DNA of 64,000 nucleotides from an uncultured Novosphingobium sp. (GTDB lineage Bacteria; Pseudomonadota; Alphaproteobacteria; Sphingomonadales; Sphingomonadaceae): NCBI GenBank assembly GCA_964413325.1, contig CAYPRK010000010.1, positions 47,595 to 111,594 of the forward strand, read 5' to 3'. Shown piece by piece: positions 35,571 to 44,784 of this stretch (position 1 is its first letter; each line of letters starts with the position of its first letter). The notes under the pieces were generated by a model. It saw only the letters and a program-made list of their open reading frames with translations, ran no database searches and was not told where the DNA came from. The position numbers and the translations under genes were made by a program.

Positions 35571-37373
35571 TCAGTAGGCCGCAGCGCCCGACATCAGCTC
35601 GTTCTCGGTCGCTTCATCGCGCTGGATTTCGGCAAGACGGGTGATGAGCTGCTCGATGAACACGCGCATCTGATCGGCCACCGTCGTGATCCGCCCGTTC
35701 AGGTAGTTGTATCCGAACAGCGAGGGGATGGCGCAGGCGAGGCCGGCGATCGTGGCGAGCAGCGCTGCGGCGATACCCGGTGCGATCGCGTTCACGTTCA
35801 CATCGCCCGCCATCGCCACGCCGCCGAACACGGTCATGACGCCGATCACGGTGCCGAGCAGACCGATGAAGGGGCCGCCCGAAATCGCGATGGTCAGGAT
35901 CACCATGAGCTTGTCGAGCTTCTGGTTCTCCTCGACCACCACAGCCGAAGCGGCAGCGTGCATCGCGCTGATCGCTTCGCTCGACAGCGGCTGGCTGCCC
36001 CAGCGGTTCTTGCGGATCTGCAGTTCCTCGACACCGCTGGTGTAGATGCGGCCAAGCGGAGAGCTGGCAAGGCGCTTGGCCCGCGCCGGATCAAGGCCTT
36101 CGACTTCGTCCAGCGGCACGAGATCATCGCCGAGCGAGCGGAACACGCCCATGAAGTCTGCGTTGTTCTTGTCCGCCTTGTTCAGGTAGCGGACCTTGTT
36201 CACCATCAGCGCAATCGCGGCCGTGAGCAGCAGCAGGCACAGCGCAACAACGCCCTGGTCGATCGGTTCGAGCTTGCTGACGATGAAGTAGAGCACGCCG
36301 CCGCCCGAGCTCTGCTTCTCGGCCGTCTCGCTCACCGAAACGAGCTTGCCGCCGGGACCTTCGGCCTGCGCCATGGCAAGGATCATCGCCGCCGGGCGCG
36401 CGGTCTTGGCGAGGCGGACTTCATCGAGCTCGCCGGTAAACTGCTGTCCGGGCGCGCCGCCAAGGAAGATCGAGCCGTCGATTGCCGGCAGCGCGCCTGC
36501 GGCAGCGCCCTGCTCGACGCCGTTGACATAGAGACGCAGGTTCTGACCATCCGCGACGAACGCGACATGGCTCCAGTCACCCTGCTTCAGCGCGGTCTTG
36601 GCCTGCACGGCAACGCCGGGGCCCTGCACGAAGGGCACGCCCGCGTTGAGGCCGATCGTCAGCCCCCCGCGCGAGAACAGCGCCTGCGCGCCGGCAAGGT
36701 TCTCCGCCTTGACCCACGCGGTGAAGGTGAAGGGCGCAGCGGCGGGCATCGCCAGCGAACCCGAGGCCGCGATCTCGATCTGGCCCTGGCCGGGGAAGCG
36801 GGCCGCGCCGCCGATGATGCCACCGTCGTCGATGCCCGCAGGCGCGGCCTTGGCGGAATTGGCGTTGGCGGTGCTGTCCGCGCTCGGCTGGCCGGGCTTT
36901 TCGGCAAAGTGCCAGACGGCCATCGTGTCAGGATCGAACGTGCCCTTCTCGTCGGCGCCCACCGGTGCGCTCTTGTTGCCGAAATAGAGCCAGATCGTGC
37001 GCTTCTCGCCGCCATTGAGGTTCGGCACCGAGACCCACGCCGCTGCAATACCGGTCGTCGCGTCGAAGCGTTCGATGTGGAAGGGCAGCGGCGTCTTGTT
37101 GTCGCTATCGACGAAGCGGATGTCCGCGCCGTTCTGCAGCGCGTCGGTGAAGGTGAAGTTGCCCGAATGCAGGCGCACCAGCACGACCGTGCGGCCGACC
37201 GGCCCGCTGACGTTCACGCCAGAGGGGGAAAGGTCGACGCTCACCGCTTTGCGGTAGCTCCATTCCTTGTTCCACCACGCGGCGCTTTCGGCGTGCGCCG
37301 GAGCGCTCGCAGCCACGAGACCGAGCAGAATGGCGAACCACACCGCCGCGATCATCGACATCCGCCGAAGCAT
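35571..37373 (-). CDS. exbB: ExbB/MotA/TolQ proton-channel protein with N-terminal DUF2341-like and LamG/ConA domains
   Basis: 'WWNKEWSYRK', 'GADIRF', LamG-like 'GDWSHVAFV...FTGELDEVRL', and ExbB 'AISGGPFIGLLGTVIGVM...IAPGIAAALLAT'. RBS GGAGGAGG precedes the ATG at 37373. Confidence 0.9.
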   Translation of the reverse strand: MLRRMSMIAAVWFAILLGLVAASAPAHAESAAWWNKEWSYRKAVSVDLSPSGVNVSGPVGRTVVLVRLHSGNFTFTDALQNGADIRFVDSDNKTPLPFHIERFDATTGIAAAWVSVPNLNGGEKRTIWLYFGNKSAPVGADEKGTFDPDTMAVWHFAEKPGQPSADSTANANSAKAAPAGIDDGGIIGGAARFPGQGQIEIAASGSLAMPAAAPFTFTAWVKAENLAGAQALFSRGGLTIGLNAGVPFVQGPGVAVQAKTALKQGDWSHVAFVADGQNLRLYVNGVEQGAAAGALPAIDGSIFLGGAPGQQFTGELDEVRLAKTARPAAMILAMAQAEGPGGKLVSVSETAEKQSSGGGVLYFIVSKLEPIDQGVVALCLLLLTAAIALMVNKVRYLNKADKNNADFMGVFRSLGDDLVPLDEVEGLDPARAKRLASSPLGRIYTSGVEELQIRKNRWGSQPLSSEAISAMHAAASAVVVEENQKLDKLMVILTIAISGGPFIGLLGTVIGVMTVFGGVAMAGDVNVNAIAPGIAAALLATIAGLACAIPSLFGYNYLNGRITTVADQMRVFIEQLITRLAEIQRDEATENELMSGAAAY

Positions 37374-37401
37374 CGACTGTCCTCCTCCGATTGAAGTCAC
37401 G

Positions 37402-39072
37402 TCAGAATTCTCCCCTCACTTCGAAGCTCACGCGCGGATCGCCGCGCTTGGTCACGGAGCCGTTCATCAGCGGCACCGCACCCACGACTTCACCAGAGAT
37501 CTTGTTGAACATGCGCCAGCGCATCCCGCCGCCGACGCCCACCAGATGGAACTGGCGCGTCTGGCCCGGAGCGGCGTTGCGGATCCACAGGTTGGCGGTA
37601 TCGGCAAAGGCATAGAACCGCGCGTCATCGAGCCACGCCAGCAGTGACCCGCGCCCGGCAAGCCAGTTGGACAAGCTCGGCAGGCGGACCTCGAGGTTCG
37701 TCGAGACACCGTTGTCGCCAACGGCTTCGGCAGAATAGTAGCCGCGCACCGAATGCAGGCCGCCCGCGGCGAACTGCTCGTTGGTGATCAAGTGCGAATC
37801 CGAAAGCTGACCCGCGAACCGGAATTCGCCCTCGATGTCGCTGGTCAGGTTCCGCGTGTAGCGGAAGTCCATATTGAGGTGCGCGAAGTTCTCGTAGGAA
37901 AACTGCTCGCGGTTCTGGAAGCTGTCCGCCGGCACGCAGATGCCGGAAACGATGATGCAGACCTCGCCCTTGATCGTGCGCAGGCCGACTGTGCCCGAAA
38001 GGCCCAGCTGATAGCTCGAATGGTCGCTGCCGCCGGCGAGCGAATAGCTCACCTCGAAGGGGATATAGCGGATCGGCGATGAGTTCGCGAGCTGCGAGCC
38101 GACGAGGATCTTCTGCTGGAAGTTCTTGAAATCAGGCCCGAAGCTGATCGTCTGGACGGTCTTCGTCGCAGGCAGCTGCCAGATGGCGCGCAGGCCGACC
38201 TGATAGCCCTTGCCCAGCACCGCCGAGCCGCCCGCTGCCGCGACGTTGCTGTTCGAATGATAGCCAGAGATCGAAAACGACCATGGCGAGTTCAGCAGCG
38301 GAATGGTGTAGGAGCCGGAGAACACTTCGGTCTCCGCGCGGTTCTGCGGCGCGACGATATACGTGAACGACAGCGTGTGGCCGGCCTGCCAGAGGTTGGT
38401 GTAGCGCACCCCCGCCGAAAGACGCAGCGGCGTGGTCGAGGGGCTGTTGTCGTTGTTGATGTCGAGCGTCGCATGGAGCGGCCGCTCATCGGTCATCCTG
38501 AGATCGACATCGACCGTGCCGGGAATGCGACCGGGCTTGAATTCGGGATTGATCGACCGATCGGGAAAGCGGTTCGCGATCACGAGATCAGCTTGCAGCG
38601 CCTTGAAATCGATCGGCTGGCCTTCCTTGAGCGAAGGCAGCTGCTGCCGGGCAACCCAGAGCGAATGGTACTTGGCGTCGACAACGCGGACGAGACCGGC
38701 TGGCGCTTCGGCCACGGCGATCTGGACGATACCCTGTGCGAACGTGTCGCGGTCCTGCACCGGGACGTCGACGATTACCGCTTCCATGCCCTTGGCGGCA
38801 TAGGCATCCTGGACCGCCTTGCGTGCCGCCTCGACGTCGTCCTTGGTCTTCCCGGGCCCCGAGAAACGATAGACGATGCGCTCGATTTCTTCCTGCGTAA
38901 GATGCGAGACGCCGGAGATGTCGAAGGCCTGGATGAAGAATGTATCAGGCGCAGCTTCGGCTTGCGGCGGCGCTGTCTGCGCCCCGGCTTCATCGGCCCA
39001 TGCGCGCTGCGCCGACCCGATTGCCGGCACAACCGCAGCAGCCGCCAGCAACAGCCTGCAAAAGTCGCGCAT
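37402..39072 (-). CDS. ShlB/FhaC/HecB-family TpsB outer-membrane transporter
   Basis: Signal peptide, POTRA-like N-terminus, barrel 'LHATLDINND', conserved 'GGLHSVRGY', C-terminal 'EVRGEF'. Confidence 0.92.
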   Translation of the reverse strand: MRDFCRLLLAAAAVVPAIGSAQRAWADEAGAQTAPPQAEAAPDTFFIQAFDISGVSHLTQEEIERIVYRFSGPGKTKDDVEAARKAVQDAYAAKGMEAVIVDVPVQDRDTFAQGIVQIAVAEAPAGLVRVVDAKYHSLWVARQQLPSLKEGQPIDFKALQADLVIANRFPDRSINPEFKPGRIPGTVDVDLRMTDERPLHATLDINNDNSPSTTPLRLSAGVRYTNLWQAGHTLSFTYIVAPQNRAETEVFSGSYTIPLLNSPWSFSISGYHSNSNVAAAGGSAVLGKGYQVGLRAIWQLPATKTVQTISFGPDFKNFQQKILVGSQLANSSPIRYIPFEVSYSLAGGSDHSSYQLGLSGTVGLRTIKGEVCIIVSGICVPADSFQNREQFSYENFAHLNMDFRYTRNLTSDIEGEFRFAGQLSDSHLITNEQFAAGGLHSVRGYYSAEAVGDNGVSTNLEVRLPSLSNWLAGRGSLLAWLDDARFYAFADTANLWIRNAAPGQTRQFHLVGVGGGMRWRMFNKISGEVVGAVPLMNGSVTKRGDPRVSFEVRGEF

Positions 39073-39119
39073 TGAAGTAGATGCCCCCTAGGCCCCGTGG
39101 AGCGCATTGGCAGCGCTGT

Positions 39120-39137
39120 GTGTAAGCAGTGTTACAG
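39120..39137 (-). promoter_or_regulatory. Pho-box-like 11-bp-period direct repeat upstream of tpsB
   Basis: Minus strand reads CTGTAAC-ACTG-CTTACAC against consensus CTGTCAT-N4-CTGTCAT; imperfect match. Confidence 0.35.
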
Positions 39138-39186
39138 AATCCCGCTTTGCTACTCGGCAATTCTCGCGGAAAACTGGGCAAGTATT

Positions 39187-39221
39187 TAAAAAGGGTCGCG
39201 AATTTGCATTCGCGACCCTTT
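39187..39221 (-). terminator. Rho-independent terminator after the DING/PstS gene
   Basis: aaagggtcgcgaat-ttgc-attcgcgacccttt stem, followed on the minus strand by a T-run. Confidence 0.85.
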
Positions 39222-39255
39222 CTCAATTGGCCATCAGGCCATCACATTTCCGTCA

Positions 39256-41349
39256 TTACGCGCCCGTCTTGCCAGCGCAGGTCGGGTTGGCGGCCGATGC
39301 CGGAGTCGGGTTCAGACGGGTCGAGCGAGCAAGCTCGGCAACGTCCTGGATCCAGAGGTTCTTCGCGCCAAGGTCGGGGCTGACAACCGACTTGGACAGG
39401 AAGGTCTGGGCAATCGCAGTCTGCCAGGCGAGCGGAACGATCCCGATGTTGGCCTGCGAGAACATGCCGTAGTTCGCCGGGCTCACGCCCTTGAACGTGT
39501 TCGGGTTGACCGCGCCGTAGGTCGAGGACTTCTTCACCACGCCCAGCGCGAGGCCGAGCAGGTTCACGATCTGCTGGCGGTTGCCCGAGGTGTAGCAGGT
39601 GTAGCCGAAGAACTGCGTGGTGCCCACGATCGGGTAGCCATCCGCCGGAGCGGCCAGCGAGTTCGCACCGCTGTAGAGCACATCGGTCCAGGCGATCGGG
39701 TTGTCGCGAGTTGCGGGAACCGAAACACCGGCCGCGTTGCGGACGTTGCGGGTATCGCCCGGCACGTAAGCACCGGTTGCGTCCGATTCGGGCGGCAGGA
39801 TCTGCGTCGTGCCCGCACCGAAGGCGCGCAGGGCGAGGGCAACCGACGGCTGAGCGTAGCCGAGGGTGGTGCCGACCTGCAGCGAAGCGCCAACCACCGA
39901 GCCGACAGCAGCGACCGGAGCGTCCGGCGACGGCTGGATGGCGTCAGCGGAAACGTAGCCGATCTTGCCGTTGAGCGTGACACCGTTCAGCGCGTAATCG
40001 GGTGCGAGACCGATGAACTTCGCGACGTTACCGCCACCGTTGGTGACAGTGAACAGGCCCGAGCCCTGGTTGCCGACCGGAGCACCCGACGGCGTGATTG
40101 CACCGCCAGCACCGTTCAGGTGAACCGGGGTAGCGTTGGTGCCGTCGTAGTAGTCACCCGAAACGAGGTTGGTGTCGCCGGCAAAGCGCGTCTGCGCCGC
40201 ACTCGTCTTGTAGTTGGTGTCGGCACGAACGCTGGTGAAATCGACGTTCGAGGTCTTGTTGTAGGGCAGGTTCTCGGTGGCGCGGATGTAGACGTTGGTC
40301 GCACCGGTCGGCATGTTGCCGGCGAGGCTGCAGACCGCCGAAAGGTGGCGCGAGAACACGTCGGTGGTACCCGAGTTGTCGAGACGGCCGACCAGACGGA
40401 TCGGGGCACCATCGGTGGTCCAGCGGGTCAGCGTGTCATTCACCGGATCATGCAGCGAAGTGCGCTTGTTGAGCGCCTTCAGGATCGGATCGTTCCAGTT
40501 CTTGATCGCACCGTTGAAGATGCCGCAGTAGGCCTGACGGTTGAGACGCAGGGTGCGGTAGGTCGTCGTGTTGAACTTCACGTCGAACTGGGCGTTGAAC
40601 GTCATCGGCGTGCCGCCCGCGTTCTTGCCATAGACGGTGTTGAACGCCACGGCGACGGGGAGCACGAACAGCGGGAAGGTCACCGCCGCACCGGCCACCG
40701 GAACGGGGCTGGTGAACGGACCAGTGGTGGCGTCAGTGCCACCGCTGTTGTAGGCGGTGAGGTCAGCCGGCGAGATCGGCGTGTCCGAGATCGCGAACTG
40801 GAGGTGCGACCAGCGCGCGTCGGGCGCGGCAGTGTTCTCACCGATCGTGTTGAAGGGGTTGAACACACCGGCGGTCGCGGTCGTGCCGGCGCCGTCGAAG
40901 TTGTCCTGGAACTTGTACCACATGCGGCGGCCGAAGCCCGAACCCGCACCGACATACTTGCCCGAGAAGTTGGGCTGGATGTTGGTGGTCGGCGAGGCGG
41001 TGTCACCGCCGGCGCAGATCAGCGCGGGATTGGTGGCCGAAGCGACGGTCGGGTTGTAGATGCCAGCGGGAACGACCTTGAGCGAACCAACGGAAGCCGC
41101 TGCACCAGCCTGGCCCGGCTGACCGTCGCCACGCTTGTGGTCGATACCGACGCAGTTCATCTCGCGCACGAGGACGTTCTGAACCGAGGTCGCACCAGCG
41201 CCGTGGATCGAGGCGTCGCCATCGTTCGGGCCAGCAGCGGGAAGCAGCGGCAGGGTCGGCACGAAAGGCGGAAGAGCGGCATGAGCGGGGTTCGCGGCCA
41301 GACCGGCAACGACAGTCGCCGAGAGAAGCGCGTACTTCAGTTTCAACAT
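39256..41349 (-). CDS. Large secreted DING/PstS-superfamily phosphate-binding protein (697 aa)
   Basis: Phosphate-site motifs 'IHGAGATS', 'GAGSG', 'FAISDTP' and 'RLDNSGTT'; also 'IGYVSAD' and 'YPIVG'. DING-type C-terminus 'GIVPLAWQTAIAQTFL...TCAGKTG'. Signal peptide present. No pstCAB nearby. Confidence 0.85.
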   Translation of the reverse strand: MLKLKYALLSATVVAGLAANPAHAALPPFVPTLPLLPAAGPNDGDASIHGAGATSVQNVLVREMNCVGIDHKRGDGQPGQAGAAASVGSLKVVPAGIYNPTVASATNPALICAGGDTASPTTNIQPNFSGKYVGAGSGFGRRMWYKFQDNFDGAGTTATAGVFNPFNTIGENTAAPDARWSHLQFAISDTPISPADLTAYNSGGTDATTGPFTSPVPVAGAAVTFPLFVLPVAVAFNTVYGKNAGGTPMTFNAQFDVKFNTTTYRTLRLNRQAYCGIFNGAIKNWNDPILKALNKRTSLHDPVNDTLTRWTTDGAPIRLVGRLDNSGTTDVFSRHLSAVCSLAGNMPTGATNVYIRATENLPYNKTSNVDFTSVRADTNYKTSAAQTRFAGDTNLVSGDYYDGTNATPVHLNGAGGAITPSGAPVGNQGSGLFTVTNGGGNVAKFIGLAPDYALNGVTLNGKIGYVSADAIQPSPDAPVAAVGSVVGASLQVGTTLGYAQPSVALALRAFGAGTTQILPPESDATGAYVPGDTRNVRNAAGVSVPATRDNPIAWTDVLYSGANSLAAPADGYPIVGTTQFFGYTCYTSGNRQQIVNLLGLALGVVKKSSTYGAVNPNTFKGVSPANYGMFSQANIGIVPLAWQTAIAQTFLSKSVVSPDLGAKNLWIQDVAELARSTRLNPTPASAANPTCAGKTGA

Positions 41350-41616
41350 TGGATTTTCCTTCCAAATACGAACACGAATGGTGGTGGTCAGATCAGCTTG
41401 ATCAGGCGGGCAATGAATTTGTGCGTTAACGAAATTGACTCGCCTTCACCTGAGCCAAGAGAATTGAGATCGTCCAGATTACAGACGAACGCATGTGCTT
41501 CCGCCCACACTTCGAAGTGCAGACAGAATGCGCGCAGTCAAATATCTCTGGTTTAAACCTGATTCCCCCTTAACCGAACCGAAAGAAGTCCGGTGACGTT
41601 CCGATAGACGCGCAAA

Positions 41617-41634
41617 ATTACAGAAATGTGATTC
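41617..41634 (-). promoter_or_regulatory. Pho-box-like site upstream of the DING gene
   Basis: Minus strand reads GAATCAC-ATTT-CTGTAAT; another CTGTAAT half-site lies at 41478-41484. Confidence 0.4.
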
Positions 41635-41752
41635 GAATCTGCAGCATACAGACCATGTTGACTTGGTCTAATCACAGTCAAAATCTTATAATATTTGCGG
41701 AAACCTGCGTCGAATCAAGGCGATGAAGTTGGCCTGAGGTAAAATGCGCCCG

Positions 41753-41770
41753 TTGTAACGCGAATGTCTA
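41753..41770 (+). promoter_or_regulatory. Weak Pho-box-like site upstream of gspE
   Basis: TTGTAAC-GCGA-ATGTCTA with 11-bp period; imperfect match. Confidence 0.25.
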
Positions 41771-41821
41771 AATACGCGCACATACCGCCGCCCGGGGCGG
41801 AACCCGGCGTCGACGCAGGGT

Positions 41822-43570
41822 ATGCGGTTTCTGCAGATCGGGGAAATTCCTTTGCTTTCTCAAGCGGTAAAGCCAGCGAGCGAGCACCCTGGCGGCCCAT
41901 CTGCAGCCAAGGGCGATTCTCGCCCTTCGGCGATGTCCCGCTTCCTCTCCGAAAGCGGACTTCTCTCCGAAGATTCTTTTTCGCGAATTGACGCTGTTCG
42001 CCGGACAAGCGGTGAACCCGTCGAAGTGATCGCGACGCGGCTCGGCCTCGTCAGCGAGCAGGCGCTGCAGGAAGCGCTGGCGACCGCGACTGGGCTCGCC
42101 TCAGCCATCGTTCCCGAGCGTGCTCTGGCGGGCGAGCCGCCGATGCCGATTGCCTTCCTGCGCGATATCCGCGCGGTCGCCATCGCCGCGACGGACGAAG
42201 CAGTCACAGTCGCCGTCGCCGATCCGTTCGATCCGTTCGTCGAGGCTGCGTTTACCACTTCCTGGCACCGCCCGGTCGTGCGGGTCCTTGCCCGCGCCAC
42301 CGATATCGATGCCATGATCGAGAAGCTTGCTGCCGGTTCGGACAGTGCGGCAAGTGGCGACGACGAAGCAGCAGCCGTGGTCGACGGCGAGGCGATGGAA
42401 CGCCTGCGCGATCTTGTCAGCGATGCGCCTGCCATCCGCGCGGTCAACCGGCTCATTGCCTCGGCGGTCGACCAGCGCGCTTCCGACATTCATCTCGAAC
42501 CTTCCGAAGAGGGCCTTTCCGTCCGTTTCCGCATCGATGGCGAACTGCGCGAGGCGGACCGGCTGCCCTCCGCGCTCCGCAGTAGTGCGGTCGCGCGCAT
42601 CAAGGTCATGGCCGGGCTCGACATTGCCGAGCGGCGCTTGCCGCAGGACGGGCGCCTGCGCCTCGCCGTGCGCGGCCACCAGATCGACCTGCGCGTCGCC
42701 ACCGCGCCGTCGATCCATGGCGAGAGCGTCGTCATGCGCATTCTCGACCGCAGCAATCTCGCGCTCGATTTCGCCGCGCTGGGTTTCGACCCGGAGCTGA
42801 CCGAGCAATGGCGCACGGTGCTCCATCGCCCGCATGGCATCGTCCTCGTCACCGGGCCGACCGGCAGCGGCAAGACCACCACGCTCTATGCCGCGCTCGC
42901 TGAACTCAACGGTGTGAAGCGCAAGCTGCTGACCATCGAAGACCCGATCGAATACCGCCTGCCGGGGGTTGTCCAGTCGCAAGTCCAGCCGGCCATCGGC
43001 TATACGTTCGCGGCCGCGCTGCGCTCGTTCCTGCGCCAAGACCCGGACATCATCATGGTCGGCGAAATCCGCGATGGCGAAACGGCGCGGATTGCCGTGC
43101 GCGCGGCGCTGACCGGGCACATGATCCTCTCGACGCTGCACACCAATACTGCCGCCGGTGCCATTGGCCGTCTCGCCGACATGGGGACCGAGCCGTTCCT
43201 GCTCGCGTCCGTGCTCGCGGGCATCATGGCGCAGCGGTTGGTGCGGCGCCTGTGCATGGAATGCCGCCTGCCCTATGCACCAGACCCGGCGATGCTGGCC
43301 GCAGCCGGAGTAGAGCACGGCACGTTCTACCACGCAGCCGGTTGCCCCGCCTGCCACCACACCGGCTATTCGGGCCGGATCGCCTTATTTGAATACCTGC
43401 CGATCACGCCCGAAGTGCAGCGCCTGATCCTGCAGAACCGCGATCCCGCCGCGATCGAGGAGGCCGCTGATCGCCAGGGCCGCCACAGCCTGCTCGCCGA
43501 TGGCTACCGCAAGGCGGCGCAGGGCCTCACCAGCATCGAGGAAGTGCTGCGCGTGAGCCTCGCGGAATGA
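41822..43570 (+). CDS. gspE: Type II secretion ATPase GspE
   Basis: Walker A GPTGSGKTTT, 'TIEDPIEY', 'FLRQDPDIIMVGEIRD', 'STLHTN', tetra-Cys (CMEC...CPAC). Start may be 41933. Confidence 0.95.
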   Translation: MRFLQIGEIPLLSQAVKPASEHPGGPSAAKGDSRPSAMSRFLSESGLLSEDSFSRIDAVRRTSGEPVEVIATRLGLVSEQALQEALATATGLASAIVPERALAGEPPMPIAFLRDIRAVAIAATDEAVTVAVADPFDPFVEAAFTTSWHRPVVRVLARATDIDAMIEKLAAGSDSAASGDDEAAAVVDGEAMERLRDLVSDAPAIRAVNRLIASAVDQRASDIHLEPSEEGLSVRFRIDGELREADRLPSALRSSAVARIKVMAGLDIAERRLPQDGRLRLAVRGHQIDLRVATAPSIHGESVVMRILDRSNLALDFAALGFDPELTEQWRTVLHRPHGIVLVTGPTGSGKTTTLYAALAELNGVKRKLLTIEDPIEYRLPGVVQSQVQPAIGYTFAAALRSFLRQDPDIIMVGEIRDGETARIAVRAALTGHMILSTLHTNTAAGAIGRLADMGTEPFLLASVLAGIMAQRLVRRLCMECRLPYAPDPAMLAAAGVEHGTFYHAAGCPACHHTGYSGRIALFEYLPITPEVQRLILQNRDPAAIEEAADRQGRHSLLADGYRKAAQGLTSIEEVLRVSLAE

Positions 43571-44784
43571 GCGGCGCGACGGCCTTTCGCTACCGCGCTG
43601 TCGATGCGGCAGGCGGTGCCGAGACTTCCGGCGAAGTGCAGGCCGCCAGTGCGGAGGACGCGGTTCAGGCGCTGCGGGCGCGCGGGCAGTTCATCGTATC
43701 GCTCGAGCGCGGTCAGGCTGCAAGCGAACGCCCCATTCGGCGCGCTTCGGGGCAGATTTCACTGCAGCTGGTCAGCGAACTGGCGGTGCTGCTCAAAGCC
43801 GGCCTCCCGCTCGACCGCGCGCTGGCGCTCGCCATCGACAATATCGAGGAACCTGACGCCGCGCGCGCGCTGGACGAACTGCTTCAGTCCGTACGCGAAG
43901 GCGCGCCGCTGTCGCGCGCGATGCTCGATCAGCCAGCGCTGTTCACCTCGACCGATTCTGCCATGGCCGAAGCCGGCGAAGCGAGCGGACGCCTTGGCGA
44001 TGCGCTCGAGCGGCTGGCGGTGATGCTGAAGCAGGCGGCCAATCTCAGGCGCACGATCACCTCGGCGCTGGTCTATCCCGCTGCGCTGCTCGTCATCGCG
44101 GTCGGCGTGATCGCGCTGATGCTGCTCTACGTCGTCCCCCAGTTCGAGACGATGCTCGCCGCCGCACAAGGCGAACTGCCGTGGGCCACACGGGCGATCA
44201 TGGCCCTCAGCCGGGGCCTGCGCGAATGGTGGGCGGTGCTCCTGCTGGTGATGGCGGGCGCGGTTCTGGCGATCATGCGGCTACGCAGCAGCCCGGCGAT
44301 CAGCCGCACGATCGACCGCGTGGTGCTGCGCCTGCCGCTGATCGGCGAACTGGTCCGCCGGATCGAGACCGCGCGTTTCGCGCATACCCTTGGCGCGCTG
44401 GTCGAAGGCGGGGTCCCCCTTCCCCAGGCCATGGCGCTGGCGCGGCGCACGGTGGCGAACAGCGTGATGGGCGAAGCGCTCGACGGGGTCGTTGCGGGCC
44501 TTCGCGAAGGCGGCGGCCTTGCCGGCCCGCTGGCGCAGACGGGCGTGCTGCCGCGCATGGCAGTTGCGTTCCTGCGCACCGGCGAGGAAGCCTCGCAGCT
44601 CGCGCTGATGCTCTCGCGCCTCGCCGAAGTGCTCGACCAGGACGTCCAGACCCGGCTCGAGCGACTCGTCGCCGTGCTCACGCCCGCCATCACCGTCATC
44701 CTCGGCGCCACCGTCGCGGGCATTATCGCGGCGGTAATGTCCGCCATCCTCGGCTTCAACGAACTGGCAGTCGCTCAACCATGA
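43567..44784 (+). CDS. gspF: Type II secretion inner-membrane platform protein GspF
   Basis: 'LLKAGLPLDRAL', 'AGEASGRLGDAL', 'ALVYP', 'GEEASQL'; three TM segments; follows gspE with ATGA overlap. Confidence 0.95.
   Translation: MSGATAFRYRAVDAAGGAETSGEVQAASAEDAVQALRARGQFIVSLERGQAASERPIRRASGQISLQLVSELAVLLKAGLPLDRALALAIDNIEEPDAARALDELLQSVREGAPLSRAMLDQPALFTSTDSAMAEAGEASGRLGDALERLAVMLKQAANLRRTITSALVYPAALLVIAVGVIALMLLYVVPQFETMLAAAQGELPWATRAIMALSRGLREWWAVLLLVMAGAVLAIMRLRSSPAISRTIDRVVLRLPLIGELVRRIETARFAHTLGALVEGGVPLPQAMALARRTVANSVMGEALDGVVAGLREGGGLAGPLAQTGVLPRMAVAFLRTGEEASQLALMLSRLAEVLDQDVQTRLERLVAVLTPAITVILGATVAGIIAAVMSAILGFNELAVAQP

Noticed and set aside
41933-42085. MshEN c-di-GMP-binding motif at the GspE N-terminus
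   Set aside because: The Gly-Leu spacing is reminiscent, but the RLG at the start of each repeat and the terminal Gln are missing, so binding is not supported.
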